The notes under the pieces were generated by a model that was not told the origin of the DNA, did no database searches, and was given only the letters and a program-made list of their open reading frames with translations. A DNA stretch of 36,387 nucleotides from an uncultured Candidatus Saccharibacteria bacterium (GTDB taxonomy: Bacteria > Patescibacteriota > Saccharimonadia > QS-5-54-17), in assembly GCA_964489295.1 (NCBI GenBank), contig CAZAXT010000002.1, forward strand, positions 5,263 to 41,649, given 5' to 3'. Below are positions 28,172-36,387 of the stretch, in pieces. Position 1 is the stretch's first letter. Every line of letters begins with the position of its first letter. Made by a program: the position numbers and the translations under genes.

Positions 28172-28333
28172 TTAGCAGAATTCGCAGCCGCCGGATTCTT
28201 TTTTGGCTTCCGCTTTTTTCTTTTCCTGTTCCTGCTCTTGGGCGGAAGACTGCTTCTGCTCTTGGGCGTTTTGGTTTTGTCCCTGAGTCTGTTTTTTGTT
28301 TTTCTTTTTGGGATTAAATCCTAATATCGCCAT
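28172..28333 (-). CDS. 53-aa microprotein with C-terminal CEFC (CxxC); not in the ORF track
   Basis: ATG 28333 to TAA 28172 reads MAILGFNPKKKNKKQTQGQNQNAQEQKQSSAQEQEQEKKKAEAKKESGGCEFC*. It fills the gap; TTGACA (28365-28370) lies upstream. Confidence 0.72.
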   Translation of the reverse strand: MAILGFNPKKKNKKQTQGQNQNAQEQKQSSAQEQEQEKKKAEAKKESGGCEFC

Positions 28334-28366
28334 GGATTTATGTGTAACATATAATGCCTATGCTTG

Positions 28367-31075
28367 TCAATACGCTGCGTCGGCCTGGCCTCCGAAAGAA
28401 ACCCGTTTCAATACCGAGCGGACTACGCGCATGATGACGAATAGGATTGCCGCCGATCCGCCGATATAGAGCCAGTTACCGCTGCTGATCGGCGATAAAT
28501 CGAACACATTACTCAAGAACGGCACGTATAACACGGCCACCAAAATCCCCAGCGACGAAGCGATAGCAACCAGCAACCACGGGTTGGACAACCACCCGAT
28601 CCGGTAGTCAGAGCGGATATTCACCAGCCGCACCATTTCCAGCACCACCATGGCCACGAATGTCGAGGACATAGCGGCCGTTAATCCATCCGCGTCCATG
28701 TTGTAGGCGAATTGCCAGAGAATAACGACCGTCATCAACGCACCGAAGATGAACATTTCCACCCAGAGTTTGGTGTTGATAATGCTGCCTTGGAACCGGC
28801 GCGGTTGGTACTTCATGATGCCGCGCTCGGCCGGGTCGCTCCCCAGCGCGATGGCGGGCAAGCCGTCGGTTACGATATTGATGAACAACAGATGCACCGC
28901 GGTTAAGATCAGGTTCTGGAATATCACTACCCCGAAAAAGACCGCCAATACTTCAGCGATGTTGGCGCTTAAGAGGTAGTTCACGAACTTGCGGACATTG
29001 TCGAAGATGCCCCGGCCTTCCTCGACCGCGGCCACGATGGTCAGGAATTGGTCATCCAGCAAAATCAAATCGGATGCTTCCTTACTGACATCACTTCCGG
29101 TTATGCCCATGGCCACGCCGATATCCGCGGCCTTGATGGCCGGCGCGTCGTTAACGCCGTCACCGGTTACGGCGACCTGGTGGCCGTGTTTTTTGAGCGC
29201 CCGGACGATCCGGATCTTATGCTCGGGATCCACCCGGGCATAAATAGCGATGTTTTCCGCCTTGTCTTCGAATTCTTCCTGGGTCAGTTCGTCCAACTCA
29301 GCACCCGATATCGCCTCGCCTTCTATCCCGATCTCGCCGGCGATAGCCCGCGCGGTATCGATGTGATCTCCGGTCACCATGATGACCCGCATACCGCTTT
29401 CGCCGTGCACGCGCTGGATTACTTCCTTTATCTCCGTCCGCGGCGGATCCATCATGCCCTGGAGTCCGACGAATACCAGCTTGGATTCGATCGTTTCCTG
29501 GTCTTCCGGCTCTTTCTTGACGGTTTTGTAGGCGAACCCGAGCACACGGAGTGCCTGCAGTGACATCGTCTGGTTTTGTTCGAGAATGTCCTGTTTCTGT
29601 TCCTTGGTTAGTTTGGTTTCTTCACCGTTTACCAGAATGTGCGTGGCGTGTTCCAGCACCGCCTCGGCGGAACCTTTGGTGTAAACCGCGTACCCGTCCT
29701 CCGTCCGGTGCACTGTCGACATCATTTTCCGGTTTGATGAAAACGGTATTTCGTTGACGCGGGGCTCGGCTTCGTTGGCTTGTTCCGGCGTGATACCGGC
29801 TTTGGCGGCCGAAACCAGCAAAGCGCCTTCGGTCGGATCACCCGTAACTTCCTCCTCGCCCAGAGTCGCGTTGTTACACAACACCCCGATTTTCAGAATC
29901 GGCTTTAGCTTACTCACGTCACTCAGCTGCTGTTTATTCCGGTAAAACGCGCCTTCGGTCTTATATCCCGACCCTTCCACGTGGTAACTCTGACTATTAA
30001 CCCGGATTTGCCGGACCGTCATTTCGCCCCGGGTCAGGGTACCGGTTTTGTCCGAGCAGATGGTATCGGTCGAACCCAATGCTTCGACCGCGGATAGTTT
30101 CCGGACCAAGGCGTTGCGCCCGGCCATACGGCGCGCTCCCAGTGCCAGCGATATCCGCACCACGAACGCCAGCCCTTCGGGGATGGCCGCCACCGCCAAA
30201 GCGACCGCGGCAGTAAACGCCAGTACCAGCCGGTGCAACAATCCGGCTTCCTGTATCTGGGCATCCGCCAGAAAAATGACGATGAATACGATGATCGATA
30301 TGAACAACACGCCCACCCCGAGCCGTCGGCCCAATCGATCCAGCTTTTTCTGCATCGGCGTGAGATCCTGCTCGGCCGTATCTACCATGCCGGCGATCCG
30401 CCCGATTTCACTGTTTTCGCCGGTCGCCACCACGATCCCCTCCCCGCTGCCGGTATTGATGAACGTACCGGAGAACAGCATGTCCGACTGGTCACCCAGC
30501 GCCGCCGTTTCTTCCACCGGTTCGGTTTGTTTATGGACCGGCATGGATTCGCCGGTCAGTGAACTTTCATCGACTTCCAGCACGTTGACCGTGGTCAGCC
30601 GGATGTCCGCGGGCACTTTCTGCCCCTCCTCGAACAGCACGACATCACCGGGTACGAGCTGCGAAGCGTCGATGTCCCTGATTTCACCGCCCCGCCGCAC
30701 GCGTGCTTTGTGGCCGACCAAGTTCCGCAGCGCTTCCACGGTCCGTTCGGCCTTGTATTCGTTCAGGAATCCGACGATCGCGATCGCCAGTACGATGACG
30801 AATATCAGGATGCCTTCCTTGACACTGCCGTCGCTTTCGATCAACCCCAGCCCGAAAGAAATCACCGCGGCTACCAGCAAGACAATGATCAACACGTCCT
30901 TGAACTGGCTCAGGAACAGGCGCCACGCCGAAACGGTATGCGTCGCGTTGAACGTGTTCGCCCCGTATTGCTCCAGCCGCGCTTCAGCCTCTTCGTTGTC
31001 CAGCCCGGTCTCGGATGTAACTTCGAACCGGGAGCTCACGGATCGGACGGTCTGTTTATAGAAGCTCTCGCTCAT
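28367..31075 (-). CDS. P-type IIA cation (Ca2+-type) transporting ATPase
   Basis: [57 protein letters not shown]5 LSANIAE, M6 [10 protein letters not shown]. Start set at MSESF. Confidence 0.95.
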   Translation of the reverse strand: MSESFYKQTVRSVSSRFEVTSETGLDNEEAEARLEQYGANTFNATHTVSAWRLFLSQFKDVLIIVLLVAAVISFGLGLIESDGSVKEGILIFVIVLAIAIVGFLNEYKAERTVEALRNLVGHKARVRRGGEIRDIDASQLVPGDVVLFEEGQKVPADIRLTTVNVLEVDESSLTGESMPVHKQTEPVEETAALGDQSDMLFSGTFINTGSGEGIVVATGENSEIGRIAGMVDTAEQDLTPMQKKLDRLGRRLGVGVLFISIIVFIVIFLADAQIQEAGLLHRLVLAFTAAVALAVAAIPEGLAFVVRISLALGARRMAGRNALVRKLSAVEALGSTDTICSDKTGTLTRGEMTVRQIRVNSQSYHVEGSGYKTEGAFYRNKQQLSDVSKLKPILKIGVLCNNATLGEEEVTGDPTEGALLVSAAKAGITPEQANEAEPRVNEIPFSSNRKMMSTVHRTEDGYAVYTKGSAEAVLEHATHILVNGEETKLTKEQKQDILEQNQTMSLQALRVLGFAYKTVKKEPEDQETIESKLVFVGLQGMMDPPRTEIKEVIQRVHGESGMRVIMVTGDHIDTARAIAGEIGIEGEAISGAELDELTQEEFEDKAENIAIYARVDPEHKIRIVRALKKHGHQVAVTGDGVNDAPAIKAADIGVAMGITGSDVSKEASDLILLDDQFLTIVAAVEEGRGIFDNVRKFVNYLLSANIAEVLAVFFGVVIFQNLILTAVHLLFINIVTDGLPAIALGSDPAERGIMKYQPRRFQGSIINTKLWVEMFIFGALMTVVILWQFAYNMDADGLTAAMSSTFVAMVVLEMVRLVNIRSDYRIGWLSNPWLLVAIASSLGILVAVLYVPFLSNVFDLSPISSGNWLYIGGSAAILFVIMRVVRSVLKRVSFGGQADAAY

Positions 31076-31166
31076 AGCGTGCGCCTTGACTTTACAGGTG
31101 CCGCAATGTAAAACTCGAAAGTAAGCATTGCCTTTATAATACATAAAAGAGACCCGCGATAAAAAC

Positions 31167-31922
31167 ATGCAAGACTGGCTCCTGAATCTTTTCCAAACCA
31201 ACGACCTGAACCAAGCGATTTCCTCATTGTCGTTCACATCGGTCACAATTGCGGTCGTTCTATTAGTTGTTCTGGTGACACTGGCGGCATTTTTGCGCGA
31301 CCGTTTCCCCGGTTCAAAACCATGGCTGTTCTGGAGTATGGCGGTTGTCGTGGTTGTCGTAACGTTTATTCTGATCGGTTCGACCGTCTACTTAAACACC
31401 GTTTCCCTCAGCGGCGGCCCGGTGCACCGGCACGCCGATTTTGAGATGTGGGCATGCGGGGAAGAGCTGGAACTCGAAAACCCGAGCGGATTCCTGTCCA
31501 ACAAAATCGGTACTCCTGTCCTGCACGAACATGATGATAAACGGATACACTTGGAAGGCGTCGTGGTAGAGCAACGCGACGGCAGCCTGGGTAAGTTTAT
31601 GGAAGTAACCGGCGGTTCTATCACCCCGAATTCGATTGTATTCCCGACCAACGACGGCAAACGCAGCTACGTTAATGGACAGACCTGCGACGGACAACCG
31701 GCCGAGCTGCACGTGTTCCTGTATCAAACCACCGAAAACGACCGCTACACCCTCCGCAAACTGGAGAAACCGGCGGAATACACCATCAGCGATGAAAGCG
31801 TGGTACCACCCGGTGACTGCATCGTTATGGAGTTCGCACCGCCCAAACAGACCACCGATAGAATGTGCCGGCAGTACGAAGTCGCTCTGGACATCGGTGA
31901 GCTGGAAGGAAGGGCGCAGTAA
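31167..31922 (+). CDS. Two-TM protein with a predicted extracytoplasmic His/Cys-rich (putative metal-binding) domain
   Basis: TM-RDRFPGSK-TM, then VHRHADF, LHEHDDKRIHLEG and four Cys; TATAAT at 31135-31140; TAATG overlap with the next gene. Confidence 0.8.
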   Translation: MQDWLLNLFQTNDLNQAISSLSFTSVTIAVVLLVVLVTLAAFLRDRFPGSKPWLFWSMAVVVVVVTFILIGSTVYLNTVSLSGGPVHRHADFEMWACGEELELENPSGFLSNKIGTPVLHEHDDKRIHLEGVVVEQRDGSLGKFMEVTGGSITPNSIVFPTNDGKRSYVNGQTCDGQPAELHVFLYQTTENDRYTLRKLEKPAEYTISDESVVPPGDCIVMEFAPPKQTTDRMCRQYEVALDIGELEGRAQ

Positions 31923-32626
31923 TGGTTAGTTTACCGACTATCACCGTCGTACTGCTCTCGGCAGCCATCGATTCTATCAACCCATGCGCTATCGGCGTCT
32001 TGATATTAATGATCTCGGTCGTCATGGGGGGCGGTAAATCGACCAAGCGCCTCTTGTTGCTCGGCGGCGCCTACATTTTTGCCATTTTCCTGACCTATCT
32101 GATTGCGGGACTAGGAATGGTGTACTTCTTCAGCAGCATTCCCATAGCTCTGGCTGAGTATTTATCCCTGTTCGTGGGCGCTCTCGTCATCGCGGCCGGT
32201 CTGTTCGAGATCAAGGATTACTTCTGGTACGGGCGCGGGTTTTCTCTGCAGATACCGGGCTATTTTGCCAAAAAGATTCACGAATACTCCAGTTCCAAAG
32301 CAACCCTGGGTGGAGTTATGTTCCTGGGAGCCTTCGTGGCAGCGGTCGAACTCCCCTGTACCGGCGCACCGTATTTGGCTATCATAACCATCCTTTCGAT
32401 TGACTTTAGTATCTGGGCGTTCCTGTTGCTGGTTCTGTATAACGTGGTGTTCGTACTGCCGCTTATCGTCATCCTGCTGATGGTCGCCGGCGGCGCCAAG
32501 CTCAGCTCGGTCAAGAAATGGAAAGAAGAAAGCAAGGGTGTCATGCGGCTGTTCCTGGGCTTCCTGTTGGTCGCCCTGGGCTGGCTATTGATACTCATTG
32601 CCAATGGAACGATTAACTTCGGGTAG
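31922..32626 (+). CDS. CcdA/DsbD-beta-like transmembrane electron transporter
   Basis: About 6 TM helices with two intramembrane Pro-Cys motifs, DSINPCA and VELPCTGAPY; LYNVVFVLPL. Confidence 0.82.
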   Translation: MVSLPTITVVLLSAAIDSINPCAIGVLILMISVVMGGGKSTKRLLLLGGAYIFAIFLTYLIAGLGMVYFFSSIPIALAEYLSLFVGALVIAAGLFEIKDYFWYGRGFSLQIPGYFAKKIHEYSSSKATLGGVMFLGAFVAAVELPCTGAPYLAIITILSIDFSIWAFLLLVLYNVVFVLPLIVILLMVAGGAKLSSVKKWKEESKGVMRLFLGFLLVALGWLLILIANGTINFG

Positions 32627-32641
32627 GAGAACTAAAACCAA

Positions 32642-32911
32642 ATGAAGCATATCGTCAAACGAGCCAAACACACCGAAGAATACGATGAGCGGAAACTATA
32701 CGCTAGTATATTCGCCGCGTGCATAGCCGTCCGTGTACCACAACAGGAAGCCGAATTAGTAGCCAAACAGGTCTGTCAGGATGTCGGGGGCTGGCTGGCG
32801 GATAAACACGAGGTCACCGCCAGCGACATCCACCGTCAAGCCGCCAAGAATCTGAAGGCGTATAATCCCGACGCGGGATATATATACGAAACGCATAGGG
32901 AAATATCATGA
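32642..32911 (+). CDS. Stand-alone ATP-cone domain protein
   Basis: HIVKRAKHTEEYDERKLYASI matches the ATP-cone V.KR.G..E.FD..KI motif; VTASDIH...L...A..Y end; SD AGGAG. Confidence 0.78.
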   Translation: MKHIVKRAKHTEEYDERKLYASIFAACIAVRVPQQEAELVAKQVCQDVGGWLADKHEVTASDIHRQAAKNLKAYNPDAGYIYETHREIS

Positions 32912-34281
32912 GCGCGCGGTATATGTATGACCTCATCGTCCTGGGAAGTGGCGCGGGCGGCAGCGTAGCCGCCAACCAAGCGGTATCCGAAGGTAAACGG
33001 GTCGCGTTATTCGAACCCGGTGATATCGGGGGTGAATGTCCGAACTCGGCATGCATCCCGACCAAAGCATTACTCCACGGAGCTAAGATGTATACCATGG
33101 CCCGGGAGGCGAGCGATTACAGCATCAAGGCCAAAAAACCGGAAATCGACTACAAAAAACTGCGGCGGTACAAGGACCTGGTCGTCTCCCGGACCGGAAC
33201 GGCCGAAGGAGAAACGGCTTTGAGCGAGGACGGTATCGCCGTCTACCGGAAAGAAGCCCGGTTTATCAACCCGCACGAAGTCACTGCCGGCGGTCGTCGC
33301 TACAGCGCGGCCAAGATTCTGATCGCGACCGGCACGCACAATTTCGTCCCGCCCGTTTCCGGGTTGGAAGAAGCCGGCTACGATACGTTTTTCGATGCCA
33401 TCGATTATAATGCTCCGCCGAAATCCATGTTCATCATCGGCGGCGGACCGATCGGATGTGAATTCGCCCATCTGTTCGCGTCTTTTGGAACCAACGTGCA
33501 CATCGCTGAAGCCATGCCCAATCTCCTCCCGACCGAAGATACGGAGGTCGGAGAATTAGTCCGGGCGGTTTTCGAGGAGGACGGCGTTAATGTCGCGACC
33601 GATGCCAAAGTGACCGGTGTCGTCAAAAAAGGCAACAAAAAGCTCGTTCACTACGAGTCCGGTGATGATGACACCGAACACACTGTCACGGTCGACACCA
33701 TGCTGCTTGCCACCGGCAAACGCCCCAACACCGACATCGGTCTGGAAAACGCCGGCGTGGATTACGATAAACACCGCATCAAGGTTAATCAGCACATGCA
33801 AACCTCGGCCACCAATATTTACGCCGCCGGCGATGTCGTGGGCCCGTACCAATTTACGCACACCGCGTCCTATCAAAGTCGGATCGCCGCTCATAATATG
33901 TTCCACACCAAGCGGAAATCGATCGCCCGGTACAATTCCATACCCCGGTGTGTATTCGTCAGCCCCGAAGTCGCCGCCGTCGGCGCTACTGAGGCTGGAC
34001 TGGAAAAGAAGGGTGCCAAATACCGAACCGGTGCTGCCACCATCGACGCGCTCGGCCGTGCTAACACCGATGACGAACAGACCGGCTTTGTCAAAGTCTT
34101 GACTGACAAAAACGACGTCCTGCTCGGCGCCTCTATCGTTTCACCCAGAGCCGGCGAGATGGTACACGAACTCACATTGGCCATCAACGCAGGCTTGACC
34201 GCCAAAACCGTCGCCCAGACGGTACACGCATTCCCGACATATTCCGAGGCTGTTAAAATGGCCTGCGCATTGGTAAAATAG
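32908..34281 (+). CDS. Class I pyridine nucleotide-disulfide oxidoreductase (Lpd/MerA-like)
   Basis: GSGAGG, GGECPNSACIPTKAL (CxxxxC), IATG, GGGPIGCEFA, YAAGDV, C-terminal HAFPTYSE; ATGA overlap with the ATP-cone gene. Confidence 0.92.
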   Translation: MSARYMYDLIVLGSGAGGSVAANQAVSEGKRVALFEPGDIGGECPNSACIPTKALLHGAKMYTMAREASDYSIKAKKPEIDYKKLRRYKDLVVSRTGTAEGETALSEDGIAVYRKEARFINPHEVTAGGRRYSAAKILIATGTHNFVPPVSGLEEAGYDTFFDAIDYNAPPKSMFIIGGGPIGCEFAHLFASFGTNVHIAEAMPNLLPTEDTEVGELVRAVFEEDGVNVATDAKVTGVVKKGNKKLVHYESGDDDTEHTVTVDTMLLATGKRPNTDIGLENAGVDYDKHRIKVNQHMQTSATNIYAAGDVVGPYQFTHTASYQSRIAAHNMFHTKRKSIARYNSIPRCVFVSPEVAAVGATEAGLEKKGAKYRTGAATIDALGRANTDDEQTGFVKVLTDKNDVLLGASIVSPRAGEMVHELTLAINAGLTAKTVAQTVHAFPTYSEAVKMACALVK

Positions 34282-34288
34282 TGATACT

Positions 34289-34777
34289 ATGAAATCCAGA
34301 AACCCGATACTCGTCGCTATATTTTCCATGATTACGTTCGGTATTTACGCGCTGTACTGGTTGTACGTGATCGTCCGGGATGTCAACACGGCCGTAGACC
34401 ACGACAAACGGGCTTGGAGTATCATATGGCTCATACTTCCGCCTCTTATCTTATTGGCGTTACTCGCGATGCAGATGTTGTTTATATTCCTCAATGTTGA
34501 CCCACTGAACAGCTTACTGAGCATCGTAACGTTTCTGGTAGTCGGAGTTTGTGTACTCGCTATGATCATCATCCCGTTTTTATGGTTTTACCGATTTGCG
34601 AAAAGTCTGGAAGCATACAGTAACGGTGGGATTAAATTTAGTGAAAATTACATTATCTTTCTCGTAACGCTTTTGCTTGGGGTCCTCGTGATATGGTATG
34701 GCGTCACCCAATACGAAATAAACCAATATCTTCGCGGAGAAACGTCGAGCAATCCGCCCCAGCCTGCCTCCGTTTAA
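34289..34777 (+). CDS. DUF4234-like membrane protein
   Basis: MKSRNPILVAIFSMITFGIYALYWLY N-terminus; C-terminal QYEIN. Confidence 0.75.
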   Translation: MKSRNPILVAIFSMITFGIYALYWLYVIVRDVNTAVDHDKRAWSIIWLILPPLILLALLAMQMLFIFLNVDPLNSLLSIVTFLVVGVCVLAMIIIPFLWFYRFAKSLEAYSNGGIKFSENYIIFLVTLLLGVLVIWYGVTQYEINQYLRGETSSNPPQPASV

Positions 34778-34791
34778 TCTGTGCGGCGAAT

Positions 34792-35583
34792 TTAAACGCC
34801 GATATCGCGCCGCTTGAAGACACTATGGGCTATAGTATAAAAAAGCACGGGAAGTAATATGAGAAGACCCGCGTCCAGCAGATTCAACCCATCCAGTAAC
34901 ACCTCCTGTCCATCGTAGTAATAAAACGGGGACGCGAACCGGAGCGGTTCCATCGACTCTACGAGCTGGGAAATCACGTGCGCGAAGTACGTAGCCACGA
35001 GCAATCCCGCACTGATTCCTGACGCCCGGCTCTTGCGTCCCGTCACCGCTTGGATCATGAACGCCAGGAAGGCGAACGTAAGACCCAGTAGCCATCCCAT
35101 CATCGTCGCCCACAATACGTTCACCAACGAGACATCGAACGCAAAAAGCAGCGTACCCGTCAAGACTCCGAGCCATACCGCCCCGCTAATGATAAGTAAC
35201 TGCGTAAGCAGCGCAGCCGCTTTTTGGGCGAGTATCGCGCTGCGTCGCAGCGGACTGGCGAACAGCAACTCGAGCGTGCCCCGCTCCTCTTCCTTGCCTA
35301 TGATGCCGGAACCGGACACGACGCCGGTTATCGTGACCACTAACGGTACAAACAAGGCATACAACTCTATGCCGAGCCACCCGGCCGGCGTGGACGCTCT
35401 AGCGACATCGCCTATGAACGCTTCCATGCCTTCGGGGATGCTTTCCGTAAACGCGCCGAGATCTTCGGCGACCGACTCGAACAGTGCCGCAAACAGTATA
35501 GCGATCAGGAACAAACCGCCCGCGGTTACGAGTATGCTTTTCCAGCGTACCGCCAGACTGCGGGAAAGTATGGAACTACGCAT
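34792..35583 (-). CDS. ABC-2 type transporter permease
   Basis: IGKEEERGTLELLFASPLRRSAILAQK, SPFYYY, FKRRDI; about 6 TM helices. Start set at MRSSI, overlapping the ATPase stop. Confidence 0.9.
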   Translation of the reverse strand: MRSSILSRSLAVRWKSILVTAGGLFLIAILFAALFESVAEDLGAFTESIPEGMEAFIGDVARASTPAGWLGIELYALFVPLVVTITGVVSGSGIIGKEEERGTLELLFASPLRRSAILAQKAAALLTQLLIISGAVWLGVLTGTLLFAFDVSLVNVLWATMMGWLLGLTFAFLAFMIQAVTGRKSRASGISAGLLVATYFAHVISQLVESMEPLRFASPFYYYDGQEVLLDGLNLLDAGLLILLPVLFYTIAHSVFKRRDIGV

Positions 35584-36387
35584 CAGCTTCCCCTTCGGCA
35601 TAATAGTGCATAAATACGTCCTCCAGGCTGGTCTCCTGTTCATCAAGATCTACCGGGTTATGCCGGGCAAGCTCCGTAATGAAAGGCGCGACGCTGCCGG
35701 TGATCGTAACCGTCACCTGGTTTCCGGCTATTTCGACATCACTGACGCCTTCGATACCGCCAAAACCGGCTTCGGTCGGCTCGGTTTCCAGTGTAGCGGT
35801 GTAGCGGCGCAGATTCAGATTGGTGTTGTGTTTCAAATCTTCGGTCGCGACCAGTGTCCCGTCGCGGATAAAAGCGGCCCGGTCGCAAATCTTCTGGACT
35901 TCCGTAAGATCGTGCGAAGACACGAGGATCGTTCTCCCTTCCGCTCTTATGTCCGAAACCATGGTGTAGAATACCTCCTTCATGAGCGGATCCAGCCCTA
36001 TGGTGGGTTCATCGAGCAGTATGAGTTCGGGTTTATGCATAAACGCCTGGATCAGTCCGATCTTTTGCTTGTTCCCTTTTGAGAGCGTGTGTATGCGCCT
36101 ATCAAGCGAGGCGTTCAATTGCTCGGTAAGCTGCGACACGTATTCCCAATCCGTATCCCGCCCGAGCGCGGTCAGGTGCTTCAGGAGGTTTCTGCCGGTC
36201 ATATTTTCATACAGCGCGATATCACCGGCTAAATACCCTGTCTTTTCTTTAATGGTCAGGTCGTTGCTTTGGCTATCATGCCCGAGTACCGTGATCGAGC
36301 CCGAAGTAGGCCGGATGAAATCCAGGATAGCCCGGATGGTCGTGGTTTTGCCCGCCCCGTTCGGGCCGAGAAATCCGAACACCTCAC
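35576..36387 (-). CDS. ABC-2 transporter ATP-binding protein (5'-truncated by window)
   Basis: GPNGAGKTT, LSKGNKQK, LLDEPT.GLDP, SSH, SLEDVF. Confidence 0.93.
   Translation of the reverse strand, partial: EVFGFLGPNGAGKTTTIRAILDFIRPTSGSITVLGHDSQSNDLTIKEKTGYLAGDIALYENMTGRNLLKHLTALGRDTDWEYVSQLTEQLNASLDRRIHTLSKGNKQKIGLIQAFMHKPELILLDEPTIGLDPLMKEVFYTMVSDIRAEGRTILVSSHDLTEVQKICDRAAFIRDGTLVATEDLKHNTNLNLRRYTATLETEPTEAGFGGIEGVSDVEIAGNQVTVTITGSVAPFITELARHNPVDLDEQETSLEDVFMHYYAEGEADA

Noticed and set aside
28196-28310. T-rich tract as an intrinsic terminator or simple repeat
   Set aside because: It is explained by the Lys/Gln/Glu codons of the minus-strand microprotein; no strong GC stem precedes it.
30048-31061. 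337-aa plus-strand ORF (also 35033-36082, 24905-25543, 20202-20807, 5295-5873 and many shorter ones)
   Set aside because: Antisense shadows of well-supported genes, with no recognisable motifs.
32908-34281. Mercuric reductase / mer operon
   Set aside because: No C-terminal Cys-Cys, no NmerA domain and no merR/T/P nearby.
1-36387. tRNA, rRNA, CRISPR arrays, IS elements, prophage
   Set aside because: No cloverleaf, regularly spaced repeats, transposase, integrase or phage genes were recognised; most gaps are too short to hold them.

Overview
Gene-dense bacterial chromosomal segment (standard code 11; TGA is used as stop) that looks like Patescibacteria/CPR, probably Saccharimonadia-like. This lineage call is inferred from a short AspRS lacking the GAD insert, a pilM-N-O cluster with no pilQ, a UvrD-nuclease fusion, an RnfD-FNR fusion and many apparently leaderless genes. 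In order: the end of a type IV pilus operon (PilX-like beta-solenoid, pilM, pilN, pilO, small PilP-position gene); yebC-ruvC-ruvA-ruvB plus a PH-domain gene; a frameshifted membrane-gene remnant; aspS; an APC permease; DsbA; two divergent CPA2 antiporters; a D-2-hydroxyacid dehydrogenase lacking its conserved Arg; ArsR; the UvrD-nuclease; a pilin-like gene and several exported proteins; a CCA-type nucleotidyltransferase; a VanY-like peptidase; an exported bactofilin-like protein; a methyltransferase; a redox/ion block; and a partial ABC-2 transporter. The redox/ion block holds the RnfD-FNR fusion, a 53-aa C-terminal CxxC microprotein missed by the ORF track, a P-IIA ATPase, and a coupled four-gene operon (His/Cys-rich exported protein, CcdA/DsbD-like protein, stand-alone ATP-cone protein, flavin disulfide reductase). 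That operon is the best candidate for an undescribed system. No rRNA, tRNA, CRISPR array or mobile element was recognised. All family assignments come from motif recognition by eye, not from database searches.
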